Source of the DNA: Candidatus Omnitrophota bacterium
GTDB lineage: Bacteria > Omnitrophota > Gorgyraeia > Zapsychrales > Fredricksoniimonadaceae
Length of the DNA: 64,000 bases
Reading direction: 5' to 3'
Assembly: GCA_028865345.1 (NCBI GenBank)
Contig: JAGWKL010000001.1
Coordinates: forward strand, 63,296 to 127,295
Shown here: one piece after another, positions 31,600 to 41,135 of the stretch
How positions within the stretch are numbered: the stretch's first letter is position 1
Layout: every line of letters starts with the position of its first letter
Notes under the pieces: model-generated
The model's input: only the letters and a program-made list of their open reading frames with translations
The model's database searches: none
What the model was told of the DNA's origin: nothing
Translations under genes and position numbers: made by a program

Positions 31600-33015
31600 C
31601 TATGGAGTTGCACTGGCTGCAGAAGAACTCTTGCCTGGCGTGATGATGTGCGGCGTCAGGAAAATGATCACTTCTTTCCTGGTCTTCACCGGGTTGGTGT
31701 TCTTAAATAACCACCCCAGCAAGGGGATGTCCCCCAATAAGGGGATCTTGTTGGTGGTAGTCACCAACTGGTCTGTAATCATGCCCCCGATGACTAAAGT
31801 TTGGCCGTCCTTGATCATCACATTGGTCTCGACCTCTTGATTGCTCGTCTCAGGGAATGGATTGTTCTGAACGGTAATCGTTTGCTGAAGCGTCGAGATC
31901 TGCGGATGCAAATCCAATGTAATAAATCCTGCGTTGTTCACATGCGGTGTCACCTCAAAATTAACACCAATAGGTAATGGGGTAAAACCTGTTACTTGTT
32001 CCTGCCCCGTACTCGAATTAAAAGAATAGTTCGGTACCGGATATTCCAGGCCGATGTTGATCTTGGCCTTTTGGTTGTCCAGCGTCACGATACGCGGGTT
32101 GGAAAGGATTTTGGTCGTGGTACGGGTGCTCAAATATTGCAGGGTCGCCTGAAGCTGGCTGGCATTGATGGTGCCGTACGTAAAGGAACCTGCCGTCGGC
32201 GTCGTGGCCAACGAAGTGCTGGTGGCAGGGAACAGCGCATTACCGGAGCCGCTCGAAGGGACAAAACCTTTCCATGGTTTGTTCGAAAAAGGAAAATACG
32301 TCGGCACGGACCCGCCTGAAATGGTGCTCGTAAAGCCGTTGGTCCAGTCGATCCCCAGGTTCTCGTTATCGCTCAGGTCGGTTTCAACGATCTTGGTTTC
32401 GATCGACACCTCCGGGGTTACCGTGTCAATGGATTTGATGACGCCCCCGATGAGCTCCAAATTACTTTCCAGGTCGCGCACGATGATGGAATTGGTCCGC
32501 GTGTCGTAATTGATGAATCCCCTCCTGCTGACCAGTTTATCGATGATCTTAAGCACGTCCTCGGCTTTGGCATAGTTGAGCGTATAGGTCCTGGACACCA
32601 ACGGCTCCTGGGCCTGCAGAACGGCGGCATTCTCGCGGTATTTCTTCAGATTATCAATGCTCATCACGGTGATGATGTTGCCCTTGCGGTCAAAACCGTA
32701 CCCGTAGGTGGAAAGGATCACATTCAGCGCCCTTTCCCACGGCACGTCCTTGAGTTCGATGTTGACGACCCCGGTCACATCCGGGGCGGCCACGATGTTC
32801 ACCCCGCTTTTAAAGGCCAGCACCTTCAATACGTTCCTGATATCCGCGTCCTGGAAATCCAGGCTGACCAGCCCCCCCTCGGGCGAAAGATCGGCCTGGG
32901 CTGTCCCATGCACGGCGGCAACAGCGGCGGCCGCGGGCCCGTCGGCCCAAATCTTTTGGCCCCAGGTTACGGCCGTCATCAACAGGGTCAGGATAAAAAT
33001 GGCCTTGAACATCAC
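31600..33015 (-). CDS. pilQ: Type IV pilus secretin PilQ-like
   Basis: Signal peptide, SLDFQDADIR, LSNPRIVTLDNQKA, GQTLVIGG, KIPLLGDIPLLGWLF. Confidence 0.88.
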   Translation of the reverse strand: MMFKAIFILTLLMTAVTWGQKIWADGPAAAAVAAVHGTAQADLSPEGGLVSLDFQDADIRNVLKVLAFKSGVNIVAAPDVTGVVNIELKDVPWERALNVILSTYGYGFDRKGNIITVMSIDNLKKYRENAAVLQAQEPLVSRTYTLNYAKAEDVLKIIDKLVSRRGFINYDTRTNSIIVRDLESNLELIGGVIKSIDTVTPEVSIETKIVETDLSDNENLGIDWTNGFTSTISGGSVPTYFPFSNKPWKGFVPSSGSGNALFPATSTSLATTPTAGSFTYGTINASQLQATLQYLSTRTTTKILSNPRIVTLDNQKAKINIGLEYPVPNYSFNSSTGQEQVTGFTPLPIGVNFEVTPHVNNAGFITLDLHPQISTLQQTITVQNNPFPETSNQEVETNVMIKDGQTLVIGGMITDQLVTTTNKIPLLGDIPLLGWLFKNTNPVKTRKEVIIFLTPHIITPGKSSSAASATP

Positions 33016-33356
33016 GTTCCTCCGTTTTTAATTTTCAAAACAAATCTCCGAGGTCCCTTTGAAAACTCCACCTGGTCAAAACTGATGGCCATGACCGTAT
33101 AGGGCCCAAGCTGATCGCCGATCCTGACGACCCTGCCGTTGACGATGGCCATATTGTTCCCGGAGGCGTCCGTCACGATCCCTTCCAGGACCAGGTCATT
33201 CACCGATAAATCTTCATCGTAGGTGACCACCATGCCGGCCGAAGACACTAAAGGTACAAAAGGATCCCGCTTACCGTGATCATCATACACGAAATTCTGT
33301 TGGGCATATACTGAATTCGCTGATAAAAATAGGAACGCCAGGATCAATAGTCTCAT
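33012..33356 (-). CDS. PilP-like pilus assembly protein
   Basis: GKRDPFVP, LEGIV, AIVNG..RIGD; between the pilO and secretin genes. Confidence 0.7.
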   Translation of the reverse strand: MRLLILAFLFLSANSVYAQQNFVYDDHGKRDPFVPLVSSAGMVVTYDEDLSVNDLVLEGIVTDASGNNMAIVNGRVVRIGDQLGPYTVMAISFDQVEFSKGPRRFVLKIKNGGT

Positions 33357-33970
33357 AGCTTTTGGGACACCGCCCTGTCCGCCAGAATCAGGTCAATGGT
33401 CAGGGAAAACTCATGGACACGGGGGTCGCTGCCTTCATTTTGAATAATGAAATCCTTGATGATAAAAAAGAGGTTGTCATTTTCCAGCCTGCTCAGGAAA
33501 CGCCCGAAGTTATGGTACCCGCAACGGGCCTTGACCAGGACAGGCAAGGTATAATACTGGGCGCCGGCGGCTTTTGCCAGAGCTTTCTTGCCGTCCCATT
33601 CAGGGTCCAGCTGGTCGATGGCCACCCCGTATTCGTTGGCCACATTGGAAATGGTCCCCAAAATGGCGGAAACGTCCATGGTCGTGCGCACCTTGTCGCT
33701 GAGGGCCGTAAACCGGCCCCGGGTGGCGGCGAGGTCCTTTTTAAGCAGGCCGATCCGAGCATAATCGCTCAAAACCTGCCGGATATTTTCGGAAGTGTCC
33801 TTGATCTGGCTGTTCGTATTGCCTATGGCGCCAAGCTGGGGCATGGCCACAAAGACCGCATCCAACAAAACGATCAGGATGACCGCGACGATCAGCGCCC
33901 CGTAACGGGTCTGCTCGCTTTGCTTATTGAAAGACTCAATGAGGCCTTTAACGTTTTTTATGTTGTTCAT
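33353..33970 (-). CDS. pilO: PilO-like pilus assembly protein
   Basis: N-terminal TM, coiled coil, YYTLPV..CGYHNFGRFLSRLE; start moved to MNNIK. Confidence 0.8.
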   Translation of the reverse strand: MNNIKNVKGLIESFNKQSEQTRYGALIVAVILIVLLDAVFVAMPQLGAIGNTNSQIKDTSENIRQVLSDYARIGLLKKDLAATRGRFTALSDKVRTTMDVSAILGTISNVANEYGVAIDQLDPEWDGKKALAKAAGAQYYTLPVLVKARCGYHNFGRFLSRLENDNLFFIIKDFIIQNEGSDPRVHEFSLTIDLILADRAVSQKL

Positions 33971-34556
33971 GCCCATCTTCCAGATTTGCAACGATGGAAA
34001 AATTCGTAACCTCGACGGAATTATCCCGGCTTCCCTGGATGGTATCATTCTCAAGGGAAGAAAACCCCTTCATAAAATTTTTGTCCTTTTTCAGGGAGGA
34101 CACGAACAGGCTGACGGTATTGATCTCATTGCGGGTTTTGGAAACGACGCTGCCCTCAATGGTCAAGCCCGCTTTGTCCAGCGTCATTTTCCTGATCCAC
34201 AGCCCCCGGGGCAGCGCGTCGCTGACGGCATTGAATTTAGGCGCCCAAAGCAGCGATCTATCGACCGTCACGCCGGAAATTGCGCTGATCTTCTTTTTCA
34301 GATCCGCGGTCTCCTTGTGAACGGCGTCCACGGCGGTTTTCTGAAGCGCAATCCTGCGCCACTGTGCATCATAAAAAGACAGCCGCCCCATCCCCGCCAG
34401 CCAGACCGCCCCCAAAAGAAGGTGAACCCCAAGCAAAAGGACAACCACCCCGCCGCCGACGCCCAAAAGCACATCCCTGGGGATGTTGACCGCCCAGGCG
34501 TCCGCCGCCTTGCCGCTTTTTCTTGCCCCTTCCGGAATCAGATTAATGTCAATCAT
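33948..34556 (-). CDS. pilN: PilN-like pilus assembly protein
   Basis: MIDINLIP (INLLP motif), TM, LPRGLWI. Confidence 0.85.
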   Translation of the reverse strand: MIDINLIPEGARKSGKAADAWAVNIPRDVLLGVGGGVVVLLLGVHLLLGAVWLAGMGRLSFYDAQWRRIALQKTAVDAVHKETADLKKKISAISGVTVDRSLLWAPKFNAVSDALPRGLWIRKMTLDKAGLTIEGSVVSKTRNEINTVSLFVSSLKKDKNFMKGFSSLENDTIQGSRDNSVEVTNFSIVANLEDGHEQHKKR

Positions 34557-35604
34557 TTGAAAGCCCCAATCCCACGGCCACTCCAAACTGTGCGGCATGG
34601 GCCCGGATGTCGCCCTCCAGGGCCGCCCCTGAAGGCAGGCCGCCCAACGGGTCCCAGATCTTCACCGGCAGCCCCAGGCCTTTTTCAAACACGCCTTCAA
34701 TGCCGCCCAGCGCAGACCCGCCCCCGGCCAGGAAAAGCTCATTGACGCGGGCGTGTTTCTCGGTCGTAAAATAATCGAGGGACAGGCGTATTTCGCTGAT
34801 CAAATTACTGATCGGCACCTCGCAGGCGTCCATGATCTGGGCCAATTTATCCTCCGGCCGGCGCTTGAGCGCCTCTGCCGCTGCGGCATCCAGGCCCAGG
34901 GCATTGGCGATCTTTTGGGTCAACTGGCTGCTGCCGATGAAAACGTCTCTCGTAAAACGCAGCGTTCCGTCCTTAAAGATCATGAGGCTGGCGGCCGACG
35001 CGCCCATGTCCAGCAGGGCCCGGGCGCCGCCCGACGGCGTTGACGCCGGCCCCAGGCGGCCGAACGCGTTGGCGGCCGCAATGGGATTAAGCGTCACGCG
35101 GTTTAATTCCAGGCCCGCTTCTTTAAACAATCTCAACCGTTCGTCCACCATCTCTTTCTTGACCGCGGAGAGCAGAACCGGCATTTTTTTGTCATTGCCT
35201 TCAGGGTCGAGAATGGTGCAATCCGTGTAAATGCTTTTAGGGTCAAAAGGGAAATATTTGTCCAATTCATAGACATAAGATTTTCTCAAGTCTTCCAGGG
35301 ACATGCGGGGAAGGTCGATAAAGCGCATCAGGGTCCCTTTGCCGGATACCGACGAGACCAGAAGCTGGTTGCTCCAATGCAGGCGTTCGACGGCCTTTTT
35401 TAAGGCTGCCGGCGCCCCCTGGGCCTCCAGAGTCTCGACGGCCCAATGGCGTATTTCACTCCCCCCGCCGGCCGCCGGGCCCAATTCCACCGCTTTGACG
35501 GCGGAGGCGCCGATATCAATGCCGATGACTGCAACAGCTGGAGGTTGGGGGATCAAACGATTGACGAACAAAAGATACTGCTCAAATAACTTCTTAAAAT
35601 CCAT
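34549..35604 (-). CDS. pilM: Type IV pilus assembly protein PilM
   Basis: GIDIGASAVK, LDMGA, LAGGGS, AVGLGL actin-like fold motifs. Confidence 0.92.
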   Translation of the reverse strand: MDFKKLFEQYLLFVNRLIPQPPAVAVIGIDIGASAVKAVELGPAAGGGSEIRHWAVETLEAQGAPAALKKAVERLHWSNQLLVSSVSGKGTLMRFIDLPRMSLEDLRKSYVYELDKYFPFDPKSIYTDCTILDPEGNDKKMPVLLSAVKKEMVDERLRLFKEAGLELNRVTLNPIAAANAFGRLGPASTPSGGARALLDMGASAASLMIFKDGTLRFTRDVFIGSSQLTQKIANALGLDAAAAEALKRRPEDKLAQIMDACEVPISNLISEIRLSLDYFTTEKHARVNELFLAGGGSALGGIEGVFEKGLGLPVKIWDPLGGLPSGAALEGDIRAHAAQFGVAVGLGLSND

Positions 35605-35619
35605 GTAAATATTTTAACA
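35605..35619 (-). promoter_or_regulatory. Extended -10 promoter, probable leaderless pilM transcript
   Basis: TGtTAAAAT followed by 6 nt and then the ATG; no SD. Confidence 0.5.
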
Positions 35620-35752
35620 GATTCCAAAAATGAAAATAGCATTATTCAAATTTTTTTGCCTTGAAACCGGTTTAAAATCCGTTGTAAAGTCCCCGTGAAG
35701 CGGCTTGCGCGCCCGGCCATCTTCAGTTATACTTTGTATACAGATAAAATCC

Positions 35753-36859
35753 ATGCGTAAAAACGGCCAATCCATCATCGAGTATATCTTGATTGCAATC
35801 CTGGTGATTTTAGCGATTGCATTTATGGGCACCTATGTGCTGCGTTCGGTCAACGCCCATTTCAAAATGTGGGACGAGGGCGTCCGGGATTCCGCCGAAG
35901 AGATCATCAACCAGGCCCCGATCGCCGATGTGCCTAATATTTCATTGAACTGCTCGTGCTCGCAGACCGTGGGGACCTGCGGAAGCAGCACGCCCGGCTC
36001 GCAATGCGCCGCCAATGAGAAAATAATAACCTGGAACTGCAATCCCCAGGGATGCAACGGCGCGCAGGGAAACAGCACCTGCGAACTTGACCCCAGCTGC
36101 TGTAATACGCCTGCACCCCAGGGCTGCGGCAACCATCCTCTTCCTTTCGTTCCTGCGACCAAAGGATATATAGGGACCCCGATGCCATGCCCGACAGGGC
36201 TTTCAGGCACATGTTACCAGGGGCTTGGATCCGGCAGTCCCTGCTATTACGGCCAGCAAACCTACGGCTATGCCTGTGGTTCCAATACCAGCCAGGTCTG
36301 TGTCCCGGACAATTCCTGCCCGAACCCCACATGCACGGGATTTATTCTCTTTTCGAATTCTACCACCTATTGCCCGGGCGCCACCAGCGGCCTGCTTCAA
36401 GACACGCCGAACTACTATGTGGGCAACAATTCTTCGGCTTGTTCAGGCTCTGGAAATTGCGAATTGTATTGTAATGCGCCCTATTCCGTCACCCCGGCGA
36501 ATCCGACCAATCCGACGGAAGCTTCCTGCTCCATGGAATTCAACGTAGCGGCCTCCTGTTGCGGTCCTGATGGTTATGACCCTTCATGCCAGTACAGCAC
36601 CAATAATACAAGCAACCCCACCTGTGCCAATGGCGGATGCTCATGTTGGGCATCCGGCAGCCATCAGATCACTAACAACGAAAGTTTTTCAGTCTGCCTT
36701 GACCCAACCACCAAGCTCTCTTCCGTCTATGCCCTGCCGGTCGGGTCTACGGCGACCAATACCTACAAGAGCCCTGCGTTATCCCCCACCGACGGCGGAT
36801 GCGGAGACCCGGGCCTGCCTTCCCAGACATGCAGCATCTCTGTTAATTTCGGATCGTGA
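35753..36859 (+). CDS. Flp/TadE-type prepilin-like protein with large Cys-rich domain
   Basis: MRKNG|QSIIEY class III signal, hydrophobic helix, then about 30 Cys in a G/S/T/N/P-rich domain; start moved to ATG 35753. Confidence 0.8.
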   Translation: MRKNGQSIIEYILIAILVILAIAFMGTYVLRSVNAHFKMWDEGVRDSAEEIINQAPIADVPNISLNCSCSQTVGTCGSSTPGSQCAANEKIITWNCNPQGCNGAQGNSTCELDPSCCNTPAPQGCGNHPLPFVPATKGYIGTPMPCPTGLSGTCYQGLGSGSPCYYGQQTYGYACGSNTSQVCVPDNSCPNPTCTGFILFSNSTTYCPGATSGLLQDTPNYYVGNNSSACSGSGNCELYCNAPYSVTPANPTNPTEASCSMEFNVAASCCGPDGYDPSCQYSTNNTSNPTCANGGCSCWASGSHQITNNESFSVCLDPTTKLSSVYALPVGSTATNTYKSPALSPTDGGCGDPGLPSQTCSISVNFGS

Positions 36860-37920
36860 TGGAGCCCATGAAACACCCCCTTGTCGCCGGCGTTGACGAT
36901 CTTTCATTAGACCAAAGGAAGTTTGATCCATCCCCCCTGGACATCGAACGCATCTGCCGCTTCTTTGGTTTGGGAAAACTCAGGCACTTCGAAAAAGAAA
37001 AAAACATCGTGGTTTCCCATTCCAATTTTTTCGCCTTTGTCCGCACAAACCAGGGGGGCTACGCGCTGAAATTCTACCCGCCGCAGGCGGCCCGGGGCAT
37101 CAGCGTTGAATATGCCCTCAACCGCCTCCTGACCGGGCATCGTTTTGCCACACCTTTAATGCACGCGGGAAAAGACGGCCGTGCCTGGGTTTGCGGCTGC
37201 GGCCGTCTGGCAGCCTGTTATTCTTATATCGACGCAGCGCCGGCATGGCAAAAGATCGGGCAAAAAAAGACCATCCGCGCCATCAATGCCTCGATGTTGT
37301 TGCTGAAGCGTATTTTATCCGCCGCCGGAGAGTCCCTTCCGGTGCAAAAACAGAAAACCTTCGGCGCACAGACCCATGACCTCCTGCGCCTTTCCCGCGA
37401 CCTGCGGCCTTATGACCAACAAGAAACGATCGAGGCCTGCCTCCTGGCGGCCTGCCGCGCCTATCAGCGGCATGAAGGGCTGTTTGTCCGCCGGAGGCTC
37501 CATAACAACGCGGGTTTGACCAACTTTCTCGTCGACAGAAAAACCGTTTACACCCTTGACCTGGGCCACGTGCGGGAAGATTACGCCATAAGCGATCTGG
37601 CCGGCATGGTCATTTCCTGCGTTTTCTTTGACACGCCGCCCCAAACAATCCGGGCCATCATTGAAGACTATTTTGCCCAACATCAAATGACACAGGACAG
37701 CAGCGCGGCCCTTGCCGTACTTGTCCAGACCGGGCTTATCAAAGAATATCTGAAAAACATCCAACGGGAAAAATCACTTGGATCTTCCCTGTATCCGCCC
37801 GGACTTCTGGAAGCCTACAGGTCTCTGCTCGCCGAACGCAAGAAATCCATCAGGACTGTTTTAAAGAAAGGGCTTCTGAAAGGGACGGGGCGCCGGGGAC
37901 GGGAAACAGCGCTGATTTGA
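36856..37920 (+). CDS. APH/homoserine-kinase-II-like phosphotransferase-fold protein (catalytic motif altered)
   Basis: GGYALKFY, EYALN, TPL, LHNNAGLTNFL, LDLG, DLA pattern. Confidence 0.6.
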   Translation: MMEPMKHPLVAGVDDLSLDQRKFDPSPLDIERICRFFGLGKLRHFEKEKNIVVSHSNFFAFVRTNQGGYALKFYPPQAARGISVEYALNRLLTGHRFATPLMHAGKDGRAWVCGCGRLAACYSYIDAAPAWQKIGQKKTIRAINASMLLLKRILSAAGESLPVQKQKTFGAQTHDLLRLSRDLRPYDQQETIEACLLAACRAYQRHEGLFVRRRLHNNAGLTNFLVDRKTVYTLDLGHVREDYAISDLAGMVISCVFFDTPPQTIRAIIEDYFAQHQMTQDSSAALAVLVQTGLIKEYLKNIQREKSLGSSLYPPGLLEAYRSLLAERKKSIRTVLKKGLLKGTGRRGRETALI

Positions 37921-38884
37921 GTGTCGAGCGGATCATGGTTGTCATGGGGACTTCCGATAAATAGCTGGGGCACCGGCTGCAGGGAACATCGCTGCCGGGC
38001 TTGATCAATCCCAGCACAGTCATTTTCATGTCCAGGTATCGCTTGCTTTTCATGACCGCTTCAAGCCCGTCCTGGAACACATTGCCCGTATCCCCGAAAT
38101 AATTGGCGCAGCATCCGGTCATTTTCCCGTCCCAGTTGATTTGCGGGGCGGTCCACAACTGATAGCAGGACAAATACAGCGACAGGCCGTATTGATCGCT
38201 GTATTCCTGCCTTGTGGCGCTGTTGGACCCGCTCAGGTAACGGATCAATGCCTTGTTTTTGACCGGCGCATACTCCGTCCTTGAATTGAGCTTGATCTTG
38301 AAGACCATCTTCAGTTCCCGCGCCAAGGTCATGGCCTTCAGCACCACATGTTCATTATGCGCAAACGGGATGAATTGCCACTCCAGTTCAGGCAGGGCGC
38401 TGTCATATTTTTCTTTATAAAAGTTAAGGGTTTTGATGTTGTTGATGACCTGCGTGAAACTCCCCCCCACCCGGTATTTCGCATAGCTCTCTTCATCCCC
38501 TCCGTCGATGGCGACGTTGAGGTAACGGAAACGGTATTTGACCAGGTCTTCGCACATCGCAGGGCTTACCCTGTTGAAATTCACGCCCGAACGGGCGGTC
38601 AGGGTGACCCCTTGCTCGCAGGCGTCCTTGATGATGGCCCCCAGCTCCGGGTTAAGGAATATCTCGCCTGAATGGGACAATTCTATGGTTTTGACCGACG
38701 GGTTGGCGCGGATGAAAGCCGCAAAGTCCTTGGCGCGCAAATATCCCCATCCCAGCACCCCGTTCCTTTTTTCCGGACGGGTGTGGGGGTCGCACACAGG
38801 ACAGGCCAATTGGCAGGCGCTGCAGGCGCTCAATCGGACAAAGGTAGGCGGAACATAGCTTAACAGGTCGGCTTTCGTGATCAT
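37850..38884 (-). CDS. Radical SAM protein with SPASM/twitch-like C-terminus
   Basis: CQLACPVC, SGEIFLNP, IDG, CYQLW...GCC..GNV...CSRC; start moved to MITKA, since the ORF extension overlaps the next gene. Confidence 0.9.
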   Translation of the reverse strand: MITKADLLSYVPPTFVRLSACSACQLACPVCDPHTRPEKRNGVLGWGYLRAKDFAAFIRANPSVKTIELSHSGEIFLNPELGAIIKDACEQGVTLTARSGVNFNRVSPAMCEDLVKYRFRYLNVAIDGGDEESYAKYRVGGSFTQVINNIKTLNFYKEKYDSALPELEWQFIPFAHNEHVVLKAMTLARELKMVFKIKLNSRTEYAPVKNKALIRYLSGSNSATRQEYSDQYGLSLYLSCYQLWTAPQINWDGKMTGCCANYFGDTGNVFQDGLEAVMKSKRYLDMKMTVLGLIKPGSDVPCSRCPSYLSEVPMTTMIRSTLKSALFPVPGAPSLSEALSLKQS

Positions 38885-38930
38885 CTGATTAAAGTGTAAA
38901 CCATAACGGCGCCCCTGTAAAGCGGCTTTG

Positions 38931-40403
38931 CTAAAGACGCTTGAAATGGTAAAAACCATTTCCCCCGTTTGAAACTTTATAATCCTGAAAGAACCCTTTG
39001 AGTTGAATTCTGGGAGGCAGCTGGATCCCGGAAGGCGGTTGAATTCCGTCAGGCATTTGGTTTTTGTAGACCAAAAATACCGCGTGCACCCGCGGTTTAA
39101 GGAGACCGTTTTGGGCCAGGAACTCCGCCGGGTTTGTCCCCTCCCGTATATTAATGACCCTGCGCGTATCCCCCCTATAATAGTAGCTGAAATCCTGAGG
39201 ATCGGCATAGGACACAATGAGATCGTTGGGACCTGCCGCCCGCATTAATTCTTTTGCGGTCGAGCGCCAGTCCTGCTGGGGAAAGCGGGCGATTCCGGTG
39301 AAATACAAATAAATATTAAAAATGGCGATCATAAGCATCGCCGCCAGCATCACGCTGCGCAAGGGGCCGGAGACGGCGCCCAACCGGCTGCTGATCATCA
39401 GGATAAGCGGCACCTGCAAAAATCCGACATACCGCGCCTCAAGATAAACGTGGACACAGGTATAATCGAACAGAAAATAGGCCAGAAGCGCCACGGCAGC
39501 CCATAAAAAGACGGCCCGGTCATCGGCTCTCCGGGGACTATCAACCAGGAAAAACACCAGCAAAAAGACATATAAAAAACAATTGATCTCCCAGAGCCCC
39601 AGGTGGAAAGAATATTGGGCCCAATTTTCATGCGTCCAAATTTCCAGGCCGCTGCCTATGATGAAGAAAAAAGAGCTTAAAGCAAAATGCAGGTAATCAA
39701 AGGCGGCCGTGGGGCGGATCAGCCCCCAGGTTTCTTTGGGGGAACACAAAAAAAGGACCACCCACGGAATACAAAAACCAAGTATGATGAGCTGCCCGGT
39801 GAACCATGGCCTGCGCCTGGCCCCGGTCAATATAAAAATGATGTTTTGCGCCGCCAGAAACAAAAACCCCGAATACATCGTATAGCAGCATAATATGGAT
39901 GTTGCGATATACCATCGATGCGGGGCCTTCCCCTGATTCCTGAGGAAACGGAAAAAGAACAAAAACGATAACGCCTCCAGCAGCCAGAAGGACGCGTACA
40001 TCTTGGCGTACTGGGCATAATGGACGGCAAACGGCGAGAAAGCCAGCAGCGCCGCGGCGATAAGCCCGGCATTTTTATTAAAAAGTTCCTTGCCCAGTTT
40101 ATAAATGACAATGATGGTCAGGCCGGAAAAAAGCGCCGAAGGAAACCTCAGCGCCCATTCGCTCGTGCCGAAAAGGCGCGTCCATAAATGGAGAAACGCA
40201 TAATAAAGCGGCGGAAACGAGGAAGCTTTCAGCAGGACTACGGTCTCCCAAAAAGAATGATTGATCCTCACCGCGGTGGTCAGCTCATCATCGCCCAGGC
40301 TGGGCGCCCCCAGATGATAAAACCGGAGCGCAAGCCCCGCGGTCAGCAGGGCCGCCATGACCCAAAAATCCCCCGGCATCTTCAAAAACCGCCGTTGCAG
40401 CAT
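38931..40403 (-). CDS. ArnT/PMT-like membrane glycosyltransferase (GT-C)
   Basis: LRFYHLGAPSLGDDE, PPLYY, SEWALRFPSA, many TM segments, QDWR. Confidence 0.85.
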   Translation of the reverse strand: MLQRRFLKMPGDFWVMAALLTAGLALRFYHLGAPSLGDDELTTAVRINHSFWETVVLLKASSFPPLYYAFLHLWTRLFGTSEWALRFPSALFSGLTIIVIYKLGKELFNKNAGLIAAALLAFSPFAVHYAQYAKMYASFWLLEALSFLFFFRFLRNQGKAPHRWYIATSILCCYTMYSGFLFLAAQNIIFILTGARRRPWFTGQLIILGFCIPWVVLFLCSPKETWGLIRPTAAFDYLHFALSSFFFIIGSGLEIWTHENWAQYSFHLGLWEINCFLYVFLLVFFLVDSPRRADDRAVFLWAAVALLAYFLFDYTCVHVYLEARYVGFLQVPLILMISSRLGAVSGPLRSVMLAAMLMIAIFNIYLYFTGIARFPQQDWRSTAKELMRAAGPNDLIVSYADPQDFSYYYRGDTRRVINIREGTNPAEFLAQNGLLKPRVHAVFLVYKNQMPDGIQPPSGIQLPPRIQLKGFFQDYKVSNGGNGFYHFKRL

Positions 40404-40412
40404 GTCGCCTTT

Positions 40413-41135
40413 CTAATGAAACCTCAACTCCGATACAAAACGGCCCGGATCGATCTTCTTCATAAGCCCCTTCTCCTGTCTCATGGACAACAGAAGAAAG
40501 ACATCCCTGGCCAGCCGGTTGAGCCTTCCCATAAAATGGTAGTGCGTTTTCCCGAATTTTCTTTTCCGGCAGGCGATGTCGACCTCGCAAAGATTGATCT
40601 TTTTTTCCCTGGCCAGCAAAGGCAAAAACCGGAACGCCTCGCCCCTGTCTTTGATATCATTGACGATCTTGGACCGGTAGGCCCTGAAGGAGGAATTGAT
40701 ATCATAATACCCCAACCCGAACAACAGGCAGATCAGCCTCTTGGTGATCTTGCGCCTTTCTTTCTTGCCATTCACCACGTCGTAACCCATGTTGATTTTT
40801 TCCACCAGTTTCAAAATGTCCTGCGGGTCATGTTGGAGATCGCCGTCCATGGTGATGATCACCTCCGAACGGACAAAATTCATCCCGACCAAAAGCCCCA
40901 TGGTCTGGCCGAAATTCTTTTTAAGTTTGACCACATTGACGGACTTGTCCCGCTGGTGGATGGCGCATAACTCCCCATAAGAGTTGTCTTTGCTGCCGTC
41001 TTCCACGAAGATGATTTCATATCCCCCCCGCAGCGATTTCAGGCTGTCTTTCAGGCGCTCATAAAGGATGCCTATGTTCTGCTCTTCGTTGTTGACAGGA
41101 ATGACGATGGACAAATCCATGGCTTTTTGCGTCAC
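40413..41135 (-). CDS. GT2 polyprenyl-phosphate glycosyltransferase (ArnC/DPM synthase-like)
   Basis: SIVIPVNNEE, EDGSKD, KNFGQT, MDGDLQHDP, RKFGKT. Confidence 0.9.
   Translation of the reverse strand: MTQKAMDLSIVIPVNNEEQNIGILYERLKDSLKSLRGGYEIIFVEDGSKDNSYGELCAIHQRDKSVNVVKLKKNFGQTMGLLVGMNFVRSEVIITMDGDLQHDPQDILKLVEKINMGYDVVNGKKERRKITKRLICLLFGLGYYDINSSFRAYRSKIVNDIKDRGEAFRFLPLLAREKKINLCEVDIACRKRKFGKTHYHFMGRLNRLARDVFLLLSMRQEKGLMKKIDPGRFVSELRFH

Noticed and set aside
38885-39217. N-terminal extension of the 455-aa radical SAM ORF
   Set aside because: It overlaps the GT-C gene in another frame, and the rSAM domain begins right after MITKA at 38884.
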